A stretch of 64,000 bases of DNA from an uncultured Gammaproteobacteria bacterium (GTDB lineage: Bacteria > Patescibacteriota > Patescibacteriia > UBA1558 > GWA2-36-10). The notes beneath the pieces are model-generated. The model searched no databases and was not told the origin of the DNA. It saw nothing but the letters and a program-made list of their open reading frames with translations. The stretch's first letter is position 1. Each line of letters opens with the position of its first letter. Of this stretch, positions 20,547 through 30,238 are shown in pieces. The position numbers and the translations under genes were made by a program. The DNA is taken from contig CAZWIT010000001.1 of NCBI GenBank assembly GCA_964633905.1, forward strand, positions 141,861 to 205,860, read 5' to 3'.

Positions 20547-21980
20547 ATGCATAAAAAACAAACCAAAATTATTGCAACTATTGGGATTAAACGCGATCCA
20601 GAATTTATTGAGGCCATGTATCGGGCTGGGACTGATGTGATGCGCTTAAATACTGCTCATCAAGATTTAAAAGGGTCTTTGGTAGTTATTAATAATATTA
20701 GGAAAGTTTCTGATCGGATTGCTATTTTGCTTGATACCAAAGGTCCAGAAGTAAGATTCACACAGCTTGCAGAAGATTTGTCTTTGCGCAAAGGGGATCT
20801 GCTCAAAATTTGCGGCACTGGTGATAATCTGCTTTCTACTAGGGATATGGTTTATGTTAATTATGCTAATTTTCATAAAGACATACCATTGCAGGCTGCT
20901 ATTTTTGTTGATGATGGTAAAATGGAACTCAAAGTAGAAAGAAAAAATAAGAATTATTTGCTTTGTCGGGTGACTAATGATGGTCTAATAAAATCAAATA
21001 AAAGCGTCAATGTTCCGGGAGTGCATTTAAATTTGCCAACCTTGAATAAAAAGGACAAAGAATTTATTAATTTTGCTATTAAACATAAAATTGATTTTAT
21101 TGCCCATTCTTTTGTGAGAAACAAAGAAGATATTATTACTATTCAGAAAATATTAGACGCTAAAAAAAGTAAAATAAAAATTATTGCCAAAATTGAAAAT
21201 CTCGAGGGAGTCGAACATATTGATGAAATTTTAGAGCATGCTCACGGTATTATGGTAGCTAGAGGCGACTTAGGCATTGAAATTGCGGCTGAAGAAATTC
21301 CGCTGATTCAAAAAGAAATTATTAGAAAATGTATTATTAGTCACAAGCCAGTAATTGTGGCTACGCAGATGCTACAATCCATGGTGCATAACCCGCGACC
21401 AACTCGAGCCGAAGTTTCTGATGTGGCTAATGCAGTGATTGATGGTGCAGATGCAGTCATGCTTTCTGAAGAAAGCGCTAGCGGCAATTATCCTTTGGCA
21501 GCAGTAGAAATCATGACTCGGATTGTCAGGCGTGTAGAGATTAGTAATGAAAAACATCATTTTAGTAATTTGCCGGAGATTAATACTAAAAATAAAGTAG
21601 CTCATTATTTGATTTCGTCAGCAGTACAGGCGACCAAAGAATTGGATATCAAAGAAATTATCATGACTTCTACTAGCGGTCATAGTGCTCAAGTAATGGC
21701 TTCGTATCGTGGTCGGACACCAGTTTATGTCAAATGTTTTGACAAAACTATTGCTAGACAATTAGCTTTGACTTATGGTATCAACGCTCACTATGTCAAA
21801 AAAGAGCAGGATCATCGTAAATTTATCACAGAATTGTTTAAATATTTAGTTAAAAAAGAAAAACTTGAACTCCAAGATCAGGTCATATTTTTGGCTCGCG
21901 ATATTGGTAAGGGCTCAGGCGCTACTTTTATGGAAATTTGCCAGGTAGCTGATTATGTTAAATTAAAATCAGGTAAATAA
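20547..21980 (+). CDS. pyk: pyruvate kinase
   Basis: 477 aa; PK barrel motifs (MVARGDLGIEI, TQMLQSM). Confidence 0.9.
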   Translation: MHKKQTKIIATIGIKRDPEFIEAMYRAGTDVMRLNTAHQDLKGSLVVINNIRKVSDRIAILLDTKGPEVRFTQLAEDLSLRKGDLLKICGTGDNLLSTRDMVYVNYANFHKDIPLQAAIFVDDGKMELKVERKNKNYLLCRVTNDGLIKSNKSVNVPGVHLNLPTLNKKDKEFINFAIKHKIDFIAHSFVRNKEDIITIQKILDAKKSKIKIIAKIENLEGVEHIDEILEHAHGIMVARGDLGIEIAAEEIPLIQKEIIRKCIISHKPVIVATQMLQSMVHNPRPTRAEVSDVANAVIDGADAVMLSEESASGNYPLAAVEIMTRIVRRVEISNEKHHFSNLPEINTKNKVAHYLISSAVQATKELDIKEIIMTSTSGHSAQVMASYRGRTPVYVKCFDKTIARQLALTYGINAHYVKKEQDHRKFITELFKYLVKKEKLELQDQVIFLARDIGKGSGATFMEICQVADYVKLKSGK

Positions 21981-22020
21981 TTTTATTCCCTCAAATTTTA
22001 AATTGTGCTATGATGAATTT

Positions 22021-23229
22021 ATGAAAAAATTTATTTTATTTATTTTTATTTTAAATATAATTTTGCCAATGCCAGTCTGGGCAGCTACTAGTCCAGCGCA
22101 AATTCAAGCAGGTAAATTTATAATTCAATCAGAAAGTTATGACCGCTTGTGGTATGTTGATCCGCAAGAACAGACTCGTTACCTACTTAAAGATGCTCAA
22201 GGCACTATGGATTTATTACGTCTTAAGGCTACTGGCATTAGTAACAAAGATTTAGCCAAAATTAAAACTACAGCCAAAGGCAGTTTTAATGCTAAATTAA
22301 CTAATCGTTTTAAGGGTAAATTTTTGTTAGCAGTCGAAAATCAAGGTCAAATTTGGTATATTGATCCAGCTTCTGGCATTCGTTATCACTTAAAAGATGG
22401 TCAAAGTGCTTATGATTTTTTTCTAAAAAGAGCCACTAAACTCAAAAATAAAGAATTAACTAAAATTCCAGTTACCAATAAACAAATAATTGCCAGCTAT
22501 ACTTTTGATCCTGTTACTTACGCTGTTTTTGAAGACGGTGAATATTTAGAAGGCAGTTATGCTGATGAGATTTTGCCAATTGCTTCTTTGTCCAAATTAA
22601 TGACAGCTTTGGTATTACTTGATCAAAAACCAGATTGGCAGAAAAAAATTACTATTACCAAAGCGCAGATAAATTATCCTAAAATATATGTTGGTAATGA
22701 CGCTACTTCAGAAGTAAATATTGCGGCTGGCCAGACTATTAGTTTTTATGACTTATGGGTGGCAATGTTGCTGGCATCTTCAAATCAATCAGCTGTAGCC
22801 TTAGCAGAATCCACTGGCATGACTAGAGGGGATTTTGTAAAATTGATGAATGTTAAAGCTAAAGAATTAGGTTTAAGTAAAACAATTTTTTATGATATTG
22901 CTGGACTTGATGAGGGCAATGTCTCAACTGCTAAAGAAATGGCTATGATTGCTAAAGCAGCTTTTGCTAAACCAGAAATAGTAGAAGCTACTGCTAAGGG
23001 ACAATATACCTTGCACATGATTAAAGAGGATGGTAGCACTACTACTTGCGAGGCAGTAAATCGTAATACTAGTTTGATGGCTTTTGGTCCGCAAGCTGCC
23101 AAAAGTGGCTTTTTAGTAGAAGCCCAACGCACTGCTGCTTTGCAAAAGGGTACAAAAATTATTACTGTTTTACATGCCAAAAGTATGGCTGAGCGCAATA
23201 AAGTTTTAGCTAAATATTTGGGTGAGTAG
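22021..23229 (+). CDS. D-alanyl-D-alanine carboxypeptidase (peptidase S11) with N-terminal tandem duplicated domain and signal peptide
   Basis: SxxK active-site motif (ASLSKLMT), SN motif; two about 100-aa N-terminal repeats; ATG at 22021 preferred over upstream TTG. Confidence 0.7.
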   Translation: MKKFILFIFILNIILPMPVWAATSPAQIQAGKFIIQSESYDRLWYVDPQEQTRYLLKDAQGTMDLLRLKATGISNKDLAKIKTTAKGSFNAKLTNRFKGKFLLAVENQGQIWYIDPASGIRYHLKDGQSAYDFFLKRATKLKNKELTKIPVTNKQIIASYTFDPVTYAVFEDGEYLEGSYADEILPIASLSKLMTALVLLDQKPDWQKKITITKAQINYPKIYVGNDATSEVNIAAGQTISFYDLWVAMLLASSNQSAVALAESTGMTRGDFVKLMNVKAKELGLSKTIFYDIAGLDEGNVSTAKEMAMIAKAAFAKPEIVEATAKGQYTLHMIKEDGSTTTCEAVNRNTSLMAFGPQAAKSGFLVEAQRTAALQKGTKIITVLHAKSMAERNKVLAKYLGE

Positions 23230-23305
23230 ATTTATTTTAAATTAAACTAGTAAGCATTTAGTTTGCTAATTAATTAATTATTTTATTATTAAGTACATAA
23301 AATAT

Positions 23306-23698
23306 ATGGCAAATAAAGTTATACACTTTGAGGTGCAGGCCGATGATGTAGCTCGCGCTAAAAAGTTTTATGAGCAAGCCTTTGGCTGGAAAGTAGAGCC
23401 ACTAATGACTAAAGAGCAGGGGGCTAATATGGATTATTGGGGTTTAGAAACTGGTCCTAAAAATGAACCGGGTATTTCCGGTGGCTTATATCAGCGTCCT
23501 CAAGCTAATGCTATTCACACTTTTGATTGCACAATTTTGGTAGAAGATATTGATAAATCGATAGCAGCAGTCAAAGCTAGTGGCGGGCAGATCACTAGAG
23601 ATAAAGAAGAGTTAAAGGGCGTGGGTTGGTTTGCTAGCGCTTTAGATACGGAGGGTAATAGATTTGCTATGATGCAGGCTACTGATTGGCAACCTTAA
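23306..23698 (+). CDS. VOC (glyoxalase/bleomycin-resistance fold) family protein
   Basis: 130 aa; typical VOC length and betaalphabetabetabeta motif pattern (VIHFEV..., FGW). Confidence 0.65.
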   Translation: MANKVIHFEVQADDVARAKKFYEQAFGWKVEPLMTKEQGANMDYWGLETGPKNEPGISGGLYQRPQANAIHTFDCTILVEDIDKSIAAVKASGGQITRDKEELKGVGWFASALDTEGNRFAMMQATDWQP

Positions 23699-23720
23699 AA
23701 TAAAAATTTAAATTTATAAA

Positions 23721-23750
23721 AAAGGACCGCGTCAAACGCGGTCTTTATAT
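23721..23750. terminator. bidirectional terminator
   Basis: ggaccgcgtcaaacgcggtc hairpin flanked by A/T runs between convergent genes. Confidence 0.5.
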
Positions 23751-23770
23751 TGGCAAAGTAAAGTTTAAGT

Positions 23771-24310
23771 CTAAACTCGACGTTCGGTTTTAAAAACCGG
23801 CTGGCCAACTTGGGGTAGCGGCAATTTCCAGGTCCAAAAAGTAGCATTGGTCAAAGAGCTTATGGTGTGGCGCAAATTAGGATCGCTGATATGCATTGAC
23901 TTAGGTATCAAAGTATCACCAATGCCAAAGAAAAATTCCGAGCGCATCATTTCATATACTTCTTCAACGGTCAGGTCAGGATGCTCAATAAAGAGCAGGC
24001 GGCCAGTATTTACTAGCGTGACTTCCAGGCAAGTGTCCTGGTGATTGTGAAATTCTTGTACTAAGCCAGCAGGCAATTCTGTAAACACAGCTTCAAATTG
24101 AGGATTGAGATGATTTTCGCCCAAACTAAATCTTTTGAAATAATAGCGGATTTCCATATTAGGTAGCTTTTTAGCTTGTTCGATTTGTTTAAGAGCGCTA
24201 CTGTCATCGGCAGTTAGGCGAATAAAACGATCGATTGATTCGATGGGGAGATTGTGATTGGTGATTGACCAGCCACTTGGTGGCTCGGTAAACAGGGTCG
24301 AATAGCCCAC
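23771..24310 (-). CDS. hypothetical protein
   Basis: 179-aa minus-strand ORF; no confident domain. Confidence 0.5.
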   Translation of the reverse strand: MGYSTLFTEPPSGWSITNHNLPIESIDRFIRLTADDSSALKQIEQAKKLPNMEIRYYFKRFSLGENHLNPQFEAVFTELPAGLVQEFHNHQDTCLEVTLVNTGRLLFIEHPDLTVEEVYEMMRSEFFFGIGDTLIPKSMHISDPNLRHTISSLTNATFWTWKLPLPQVGQPVFKTERRV

Positions 24311-24403
24311 TTTTGTCTCCTGGGTTAAGGGTGAAAGGTACGGACTTTAGTCCTTAAATTATAATAAATAAAGGCTATTGTCAATTATTGTTGTTTTTTA
24401 TCA

Positions 24404-24432
24404 TTGACAATTTATCTATTATATGCTATAAT
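24404..24432 (+). promoter_or_regulatory. consensus sigma70-type promoter TTGACA-N17-TATAAT
   Basis: TTGACA at 24404-24409, 17-nt spacer, TATAAT at 24427-24432. Confidence 0.5.
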
Positions 24433-24477
24433 AATAAGTATCAGTAGTGTTCTTCCCTCTAAACGAAGGAGCTAGTC

Positions 24478-24684
24478 ATGTCGCGTTTGACTTATGTCCT
24501 GACCGAGCCCTTGTGCCTGGTTTGCCGGACGGCGGCTCTGACCATCTACACACGCGAGGCCTACGCCCAGGAGATGGAGCGGTGTAGCTCGCTTGAGCGT
24601 CGCCGTTTCGAAGAGAGCATGGTCGGCGGCACCATCATTGGCCTGCTGGCCATCGCGGTCCATACCATCGTCAAGACTTTCTAG
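24478..24684 (+). CDS. small protein (68 aa) with C-terminal TM helix, GC-rich (about 58%)
   Basis: AAGGAG SD 7 nt upstream of ATG; own promoter and terminator; composition strongly deviates from flanks. Confidence 0.4.
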   Translation: MSRLTYVLTEPLCLVCRTAALTIYTREAYAQEMERCSSLERRRFEESMVGGTIIGLLAIAVHTIVKTF

Positions 24685-24714
24685 TTGCCCACGTGGCAAC
24701 AGAAGTCGCAAGTA

Positions 24715-24763
24715 AGCCCCGGGTTTTTCCGCAAGGAGATCCTGGGGCTGATTTTTTTATTTT
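24715..24763 (+). terminator. intrinsic terminator
   Basis: agccccgggtttttccgcaaggagatcctggggct hairpin followed by TTTTTTTATTTT. Confidence 0.6.
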
Positions 24764-24866
24764 AAAATTGCTTAGGCAAGTTGACAAATATTATTTTATC
24801 AGGCTAAATTAATTAGCTCTTTTCGTTTTAATTTGATCAATCAATTCCCCGCCAAAGGAGAAGCTT

Positions 24867-25157
24867 GTGCAACAAGCAGAAATCAAGAGTCTCTTAATTG
24901 AGTTAGCTCAAGATGACTGTTCTTTTGCGCGTCATCAAGAAGTTTCTCAGTTGTTTTATGCTGCTGCTCAGCGTCGGCCAGCACCTGACTCTACTACTGA
25001 TGATACTAGTATGTTATTTACAGCCATGCTCAATAAACTTTTGCGGATTGTGAATAAGAAACATTTGCCGGGCTTATTTCCGGTTTTTGCTATGTTGTGT
25101 GGCGATCGTTATGATTTTATTGGTTTTGCTGAAATTGACTGGGATTTGATGTCTTAG
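24867..25157 (+). CDS. hypothetical small protein (96 aa, GTG start)
   Basis: AAGGAGA SD before GTG; upstream TTGACA-N17-CTAAAT promoter (24781-24809); followed by terminator. Confidence 0.4.
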   Translation: MQQAEIKSLLIELAQDDCSFARHQEVSQLFYAAAQRRPAPDSTTDDTSMLFTAMLNKLLRIVNKKHLPGLFPVFAMLCGDRYDFIGFAEIDWDLMS

Positions 25158-25183
25158 TTTGATATTGATTGAATCAATTTTTG

Positions 25184-25215
25184 AACCGCTCTCTCGCAGG
25201 GCGGTTTTTATTTTG
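25184..25215 (+). terminator. intrinsic terminator
   Basis: aaccgctctctcgcagggcggtt hairpin plus T-run. Confidence 0.5.
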
Positions 25216-25305
25216 TGAATAAACAACCATTGACTTTGGGTGTAACTATAGTATACTTATATGTTTTAGGTCCAAGTTCTTCACATCAAACTTTAAGGGG
25301 GCTCA

Positions 25306-25938
25306 ATGAACGCTGCCTTTTTTGGAGTTTTAATGCTTCTTTTAATTGCGGTAGTATTTTACGTATGGGTTTCTAATATAAATTATAAAACTCGTAAAGA
25401 ACAAGATAGGCTGGAAGCACTTGATGCTATTGAGAGAGTAGAGACAGAGAGTCCTGAATATATATTGACTCATAAGCCAAGTCCTTATCAGATTGAAGTT
25501 ATTCTTAGTTCTAATCCAAATTACCACATTGAACAGATGGCTATTAAAGCAGCTTTGGCTAGCAGAAATATTATTTCTTTATCTTTAGTAGATAAGTATG
25601 CGCCACGGTATAGCGAGCAAGCAAGTCGTGCTCACTGGGATATTATATTTGCTAAAGCCAATACTATTGCTGAATGCGAGCAGTTACTTAGAGAACATAG
25701 GCATGATTGTAGTGATTGGTGTTTAGCTTGGAAAGCTAAACTTGAACAGAAAATTAAGCAAGCTAGACAGCTTGAGAAGAAAGTAGCTTTCTTGAATCAA
25801 GCGAGGGCAGCTGGTATAGAAGTGTGTTCTATTTGTGACACAGTAGATCCCACAAGATGCGATGATTGTAACTGTTGTATTTCAGGCAAAAGAGGTTGTT
25901 CGCATAGCTTTGGTGGGCTATGTGAGGACTGTAAATAG
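25306..25938 (+). CDS. membrane-anchored protein with C-terminal 8-Cys domain (paralog A)
   Basis: 210 aa; AAGGGGG SD; N-terminal TM; C-terminus CSICDTVDPTRCDDCNCCISGKRGCSHSFGGLCEDCK. Confidence 0.6.
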   Translation: MNAAFFGVLMLLLIAVVFYVWVSNINYKTRKEQDRLEALDAIERVETESPEYILTHKPSPYQIEVILSSNPNYHIEQMAIKAALASRNIISLSLVDKYAPRYSEQASRAHWDIIFAKANTIAECEQLLREHRHDCSDWCLAWKAKLEQKIKQARQLEKKVAFLNQARAAGIEVCSICDTVDPTRCDDCNCCISGKRGCSHSFGGLCEDCK

Positions 25939-25957
25939 ATGCTCCTATAAGTGTTTG

Positions 25958-26030
25958 AGCCTCACAGCTTTGTGTAAGCATTGTGGGGCTTTTTTATTTT
26001 AAAAAAAGCCCTACGATAGGTAGGGCTTAA
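25958..26030. terminator. back-to-back terminators between convergent paralogs
   Basis: gcctcaca...tgtggggcttttttatttt (plus strand) and aaaaaaagccctacgataggtagggctt (minus strand). Confidence 0.5.
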
Positions 26031-26070
26031 GATTTTTAGCTTATAATTTTGTTTACTAAATTTTATGAAA

Positions 26071-26769
26071 TTAATCATAATAAAGATAGTAACAACTATA
26101 ACATTCCCCATCATAATCAGAACAGTCGCCATTACCAGAAATACAAGTATGATCACTGCATTTACATCTTCTAGGTTCAATGGTCTTACATTTCCAACAA
26201 ACATCTTGTCCAGCGGCTTCAGCTTGTTCTAGTTGGGCTTGACGTATTGCATTGGCAGCTTGTCTTTCGCGCGCTTCAATAATTGGTAAAGCTCTAGCTT
26301 CCAATTTAGGCTTCCAAGTGTGCCACCATTTACCATGGCTAGATGTAGTATCATTATCCCAAACACTATTTTTCCTTAGAGTAACTTCACACTCTTCATC
26401 TGGGATTTTGCTCATTATTATATCCATGATAGCAAAGTAAGCGCGTTCCTTATCTATTGTGCTAATAAAATTAAACCTATCAAGTACAGATATAGTATAA
26501 ATGCTACCGCTTTTTAGTGCAGCGTCAATAGCCATTTGTCTGATTTTTGGATCATGATTTTCATTTAAAATATTTGCTATTTGTCCATAACCAGGATCAT
26601 GACTAAGGATATATTCAGGGGTTTGGCGCCTAGCTCTTTCTTCATCTCTGGCTTTTTGTTCAGCTTCGATTTTACGATATTCTGCATCTTTTTTTTCATT
26701 TTCTTCTAAATTTTGTATAAAAAATATACATAACAATACTACTATCAAAATGATTCCTAGGCCTATCAT
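26071..26769 (-). CDS. membrane-anchored protein with C-terminal 8-Cys domain (paralog B)
   Basis: 232 aa; AAAGGAGG SD; shares PEYIL(S/T)H, QMAI.AAL and the CxxCxT.xPxRCxxC...CISGxxxCS Cys pattern with paralog A. Confidence 0.6.
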   Translation of the reverse strand: MIGLGIILIVVLLCIFFIQNLEENEKKDAEYRKIEAEQKARDEERARRQTPEYILSHDPGYGQIANILNENHDPKIRQMAIDAALKSGSIYTISVLDRFNFISTIDKERAYFAIMDIIMSKIPDEECEVTLRKNSVWDNDTTSSHGKWWHTWKPKLEARALPIIEARERQAANAIRQAQLEQAEAAGQDVCWKCKTIEPRRCKCSDHTCISGNGDCSDYDGECYSCYYLYYD

Positions 26770-26825
26770 CTCATCCTCCTTTTGTGGGGTTTTTAGGTTG
26801 TCTAAGAACTAAGAGTGAACAATTT

Positions 26826-26854
26826 AATATATGCTAAAAAAGCTCAGGTGTCAA
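26826..26854 (-). promoter_or_regulatory. sigma70-like promoter for paralog B (TTGACA-N17-TATATT on minus strand)
   Basis: Read from reverse complement of 26826-26854. Confidence 0.4.
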
Positions 26855-26907
26855 TTGATATTATGGTTATTAATTTAAAAACCGCCTTAAGTTTGGCGGT
26901 TTTTATT

Positions 26908-27954
26908 TTATAAATTTTCTTGATAAAATTTAATACTGCGCTCAAAAGCTTTATTAACATTATTACTAATATTATGATTATCGCCAAGGTATTCGTAATA
27001 ATCAAGCGTTTTATTATTTTGTTCTAAAGCTTGTTTTAAGCTGCGCGATAATTCAACTGGCACACTGTCATCTTTAGTGCCGTGTTGTAATTCAATTTTA
27101 GCACTAATGTCAGTTAAATAATTATAAGGATCAAGTTGGCTCCAAAATTTAATATTTTTACTAGGCAGATCATTGGCTATGATAAGCGGACTACTGGTAG
27201 CGTTATGTAAAAAATCAATTTTGGCATTGTAGGTTTCAAACATATCTTGATAACTACCAACTACGCCAGCCCAGAGCGAAGCCGCTTTTATATCTTTGGA
27301 TATGACTAGTATTCGTAAACCAATTTCACCGCCATTAGAGTGGCCCCAGTAGCCCAGGCGTTCAGGATTGACATCTTTGTATTGTTTTAGATAATTAATA
27401 GCATAAAGAGTATCAACTACATATTTTTCTGAATAATGAGCCATTACTGCTTCGCCTTCAGATTTACCATGACCGCGTAAGTCAGGTTTAAAAGTAATAA
27501 AGCCAGCGCGAGCAAGTTTAGCTTGGTAAGTAGGATAATTACCAGTAGTAGAATATTCTTTAGGCGGGATGTAGCCGTGAATAAAAATAATAGCTGGCCA
27601 ACCACCCGCAGGCATTTGTGCTAGAGGCACAGTTAGGAGACCATATATTTTTAAACCTTCTGATAAATAAGAAACAATATATTGAGAGTAGTTTGTACCA
27701 TTATTTAACTTTTGTTCAATCACAAAATCTCCTCCTGGATAAGAGTCAGCGCGTAAATTAGCAATAGCCATAGGGTGATCAGTTTTATTATCAAGAATAG
27801 TCTTATTTTGATCACTTGTTAAATTACTGACAAACGATTTGATGAAATTGTCTGCTTGCTTGTTTGATTTTTTGTTTGTTAAATTAAGACTAATGATTAT
27901 TAGTAGCGCAGTTAGCATTAATAACAAACTTATATATAATTTATTTATTTTCAT
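26908..27954 (-). CDS. secreted alpha/beta-hydrolase (S9 peptidase / dienelactone-hydrolase-like)
   Basis: 348 aa; signal anchor; nucleophile elbow GHSNGG. Confidence 0.65.
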   Translation of the reverse strand: MKINKLYISLLLMLTALLIIISLNLTNKKSNKQADNFIKSFVSNLTSDQNKTILDNKTDHPMAIANLRADSYPGGDFVIEQKLNNGTNYSQYIVSYLSEGLKIYGLLTVPLAQMPAGGWPAIIFIHGYIPPKEYSTTGNYPTYQAKLARAGFITFKPDLRGHGKSEGEAVMAHYSEKYVVDTLYAINYLKQYKDVNPERLGYWGHSNGGEIGLRILVISKDIKAASLWAGVVGSYQDMFETYNAKIDFLHNATSSPLIIANDLPSKNIKFWSQLDPYNYLTDISAKIELQHGTKDDSVPVELSRSLKQALEQNNKTLDYYEYLGDNHNISNNVNKAFERSIKFYQENL

Positions 27955-28094
27955 ATTTTTATAAATTTAAATGCTTAGAGCTTTATTAATTTTAGTTTAG
28001 CATAATTTTAAGATTAGAAAAAATTTTTTTAATTGGTTTGACTTTTAAAGTTTAAAATAGGATAATAAAGACAGTTTTTGTCTAGAAAAGCATT

Positions 28095-28637
28095 ATGGAT
28101 AGCTCAAATTTAGTCATAGAATCACCAAATCTAGTAATTAAAGCTATTGGTCTTGATTATGCTCCTGATATTTTCAAAGAGTTTACTCCAGAGATTACAC
28201 GTTATATGTCCCCCAAGCCAGCGGAAAATATTGAAGAAACTAGAGCTTTTATCGAAAGTTCAATTAAATCTAATCAAGCTGGTACAGATTTTCAAGCTGT
28301 AATTATTAGTAAAGACACTAAAGAGTTTATCGGTCTTACTGGTTTGCATCATATTGACATTCCTCATCCTGAGTTTGGAGTTTGGGTCAAAAAGTCTGCT
28401 CATGGTCACGGCTATGGTAAAGAAGCGATTCTAGCTATGAAGACCTGGGCTGATCAAAATCTTGATTATGAATATTTAGTTTATCCAGTTGATAAAGCTA
28501 ATATTGCTAGTTGCCGTATTCCAGAAGCTATGGGCGGTAAAGTATTTAAAGAGCGCAATGATGTTGGGATGGGTGGCAATAAATTAAATATTGTGGAGTA
28601 TAGGGTGTATAAAAAAAGTTATAAGTTAAAAGTGTAA
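28095..28637 (+). CDS. GNAT family N-acetyltransferase
   Basis: 180 aa; acetyl-CoA binding motif region (HGHGYGKEA). Confidence 0.65.
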   Translation: MDSSNLVIESPNLVIKAIGLDYAPDIFKEFTPEITRYMSPKPAENIEETRAFIESSIKSNQAGTDFQAVIISKDTKEFIGLTGLHHIDIPHPEFGVWVKKSAHGHGYGKEAILAMKTWADQNLDYEYLVYPVDKANIASCRIPEAMGGKVFKERNDVGMGGNKLNIVEYRVYKKSYKLKV

Positions 28638-28655
28638 AGTTAAAAGAAATAAAAT

Positions 28656-30233
28656 ATGTCTGAAGAACAAAAAAGATTATTAGAAAAACAGCTTTGGAAG
28701 GTTGCTGATGTTTTACGTGGCAAAATGCATGCCGATGAATATAAAAACTATATTCTCGGTTTTATTTTTTATAAATATCTTTCTGAAAAATTAGAGCTTT
28801 TTGTAAACGATAAATTATTAGCTAGTGAAAAATTTATTTTTTCTGAGATTAAAGAAGATACTAAGCTTGGTAAAGAAAATCTCAGGCATATCGAAATTGC
28901 TTGTACTGATCAGCTAGGATTTTTTCTAAGACCAACGGAGCTTTTTTCTTATTTAGTTAAAAAGGGTAAAGGTGAGATTAAAGGCGAAGAATCTTTTATT
29001 TTGGAAGATCTTAAAAATGTTTTAAACGATATAGAAAAGACTTCGGATGGTACAGCTAGCGAGGATGATTTTAAGGGTTTATTTGATGATATGGACCTTA
29101 CTTCTTCTAAACTCGGTTCTCGTGAAAGTGATAAAAATGAAGTTGTAGTTGAGATACTCAGTTTACTCAGTGGTATCGATTTTAAACTTAAGGATTCAAA
29201 AAGCGATTTACTTGGCGATGCTTATGAATATTTGATCGGTGAATTTGCGGCTGGTGCTGGTAAAAAGGGTGGTGAATTTTATACACCTGCTCAAGTATCA
29301 CGCTTACTAGCTCAAATTGTTTCTGTAGATAAAAAACGTATCAAATCAGTCTATGATGCCGCTTGTGGTTCTGGTTCGCTTTTGTTGCGTCTAGGTGAGT
29401 TTACTGATGTAGTCAATTATTATGGGCAAGAGCTCAATCCAACTACTTATAACTTGGCTCGTATGAATATGATCTTGCATGGCGTGCACTTTGATCATTT
29501 TTCCATCCGCCAAGGTGATACACTCCGAGAGGATATGCACCCTGATTTGAAGGCTGAAGCTATAGTCGCTAATCCACCATTTGCTGCTCAATGGAAAGGA
29601 GATACGGATCCAGCTTTAGCGCATGATGATCGTTTTTCTCAATATGGTCGGTTAGCGCCAAAGAGCGCGGCTGATTATGCTTTTGTTACTCACATGCTTT
29701 ATCATCTGGCTGACAATGGTACTATGGCAATTGTCTTACCTCATGGTGCACTTTTCCGTTCTGGTGCTGAGGGACATATCCGTAAGTATATTATAGAAAA
29801 ACAAAATTATCTTGATGCGGTGATAGGATTGCCGGCCAATTTGTTTTATGGCACTTCTATTCCAGCTACTGTTTTAGTGTTTAAGAAATGCCGTCGTGAG
29901 GATGAAGATATTTTATTTATTGATGCTTCCAAAGAATTTGAAAAAGTAGGTAATCAAAATAATCTTAGTGACGAAAATATTGCCAAGATTTTTGATACTT
30001 ATAAAAATCGTAAAGAAATAGCCAAATATTCCCACAAAGCTTCTTTAGCTGAAATCAAGGAAAATGAATATAATCTCAATATTCCACGTTATGTAGATAC
30101 TTTTGAAGAAGAGGAATTGGTAGACATTGGTCAAGTTGCAAAAGATTTGAAAGATTTATCTAAGCAAGAAGTAGATTTGCAAAATAAAATAGCAGAATTT
30201 TGTGAAGAATTAAAAATAGATAAGCCTTTTTAG
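28656..30233 (+). CDS. hsdM: type I restriction-modification system, methyltransferase subunit
   Basis: 525 aa; HsdM N-terminal domain, motif I DAACGSGS, motif IV NPPF. Confidence 0.9.
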   Translation: MSEEQKRLLEKQLWKVADVLRGKMHADEYKNYILGFIFYKYLSEKLELFVNDKLLASEKFIFSEIKEDTKLGKENLRHIEIACTDQLGFFLRPTELFSYLVKKGKGEIKGEESFILEDLKNVLNDIEKTSDGTASEDDFKGLFDDMDLTSSKLGSRESDKNEVVVEILSLLSGIDFKLKDSKSDLLGDAYEYLIGEFAAGAGKKGGEFYTPAQVSRLLAQIVSVDKKRIKSVYDAACGSGSLLLRLGEFTDVVNYYGQELNPTTYNLARMNMILHGVHFDHFSIRQGDTLREDMHPDLKAEAIVANPPFAAQWKGDTDPALAHDDRFSQYGRLAPKSAADYAFVTHMLYHLADNGTMAIVLPHGALFRSGAEGHIRKYIIEKQNYLDAVIGLPANLFYGTSIPATVLVFKKCRREDEDILFIDASKEFEKVGNQNNLSDENIAKIFDTYKNRKEIAKYSHKASLAEIKENEYNLNIPRYVDTFEEEELVDIGQVAKDLKDLSKQEVDLQNKIAEFCEELKIDKPF

Positions 30234-30238
30234 CTACT

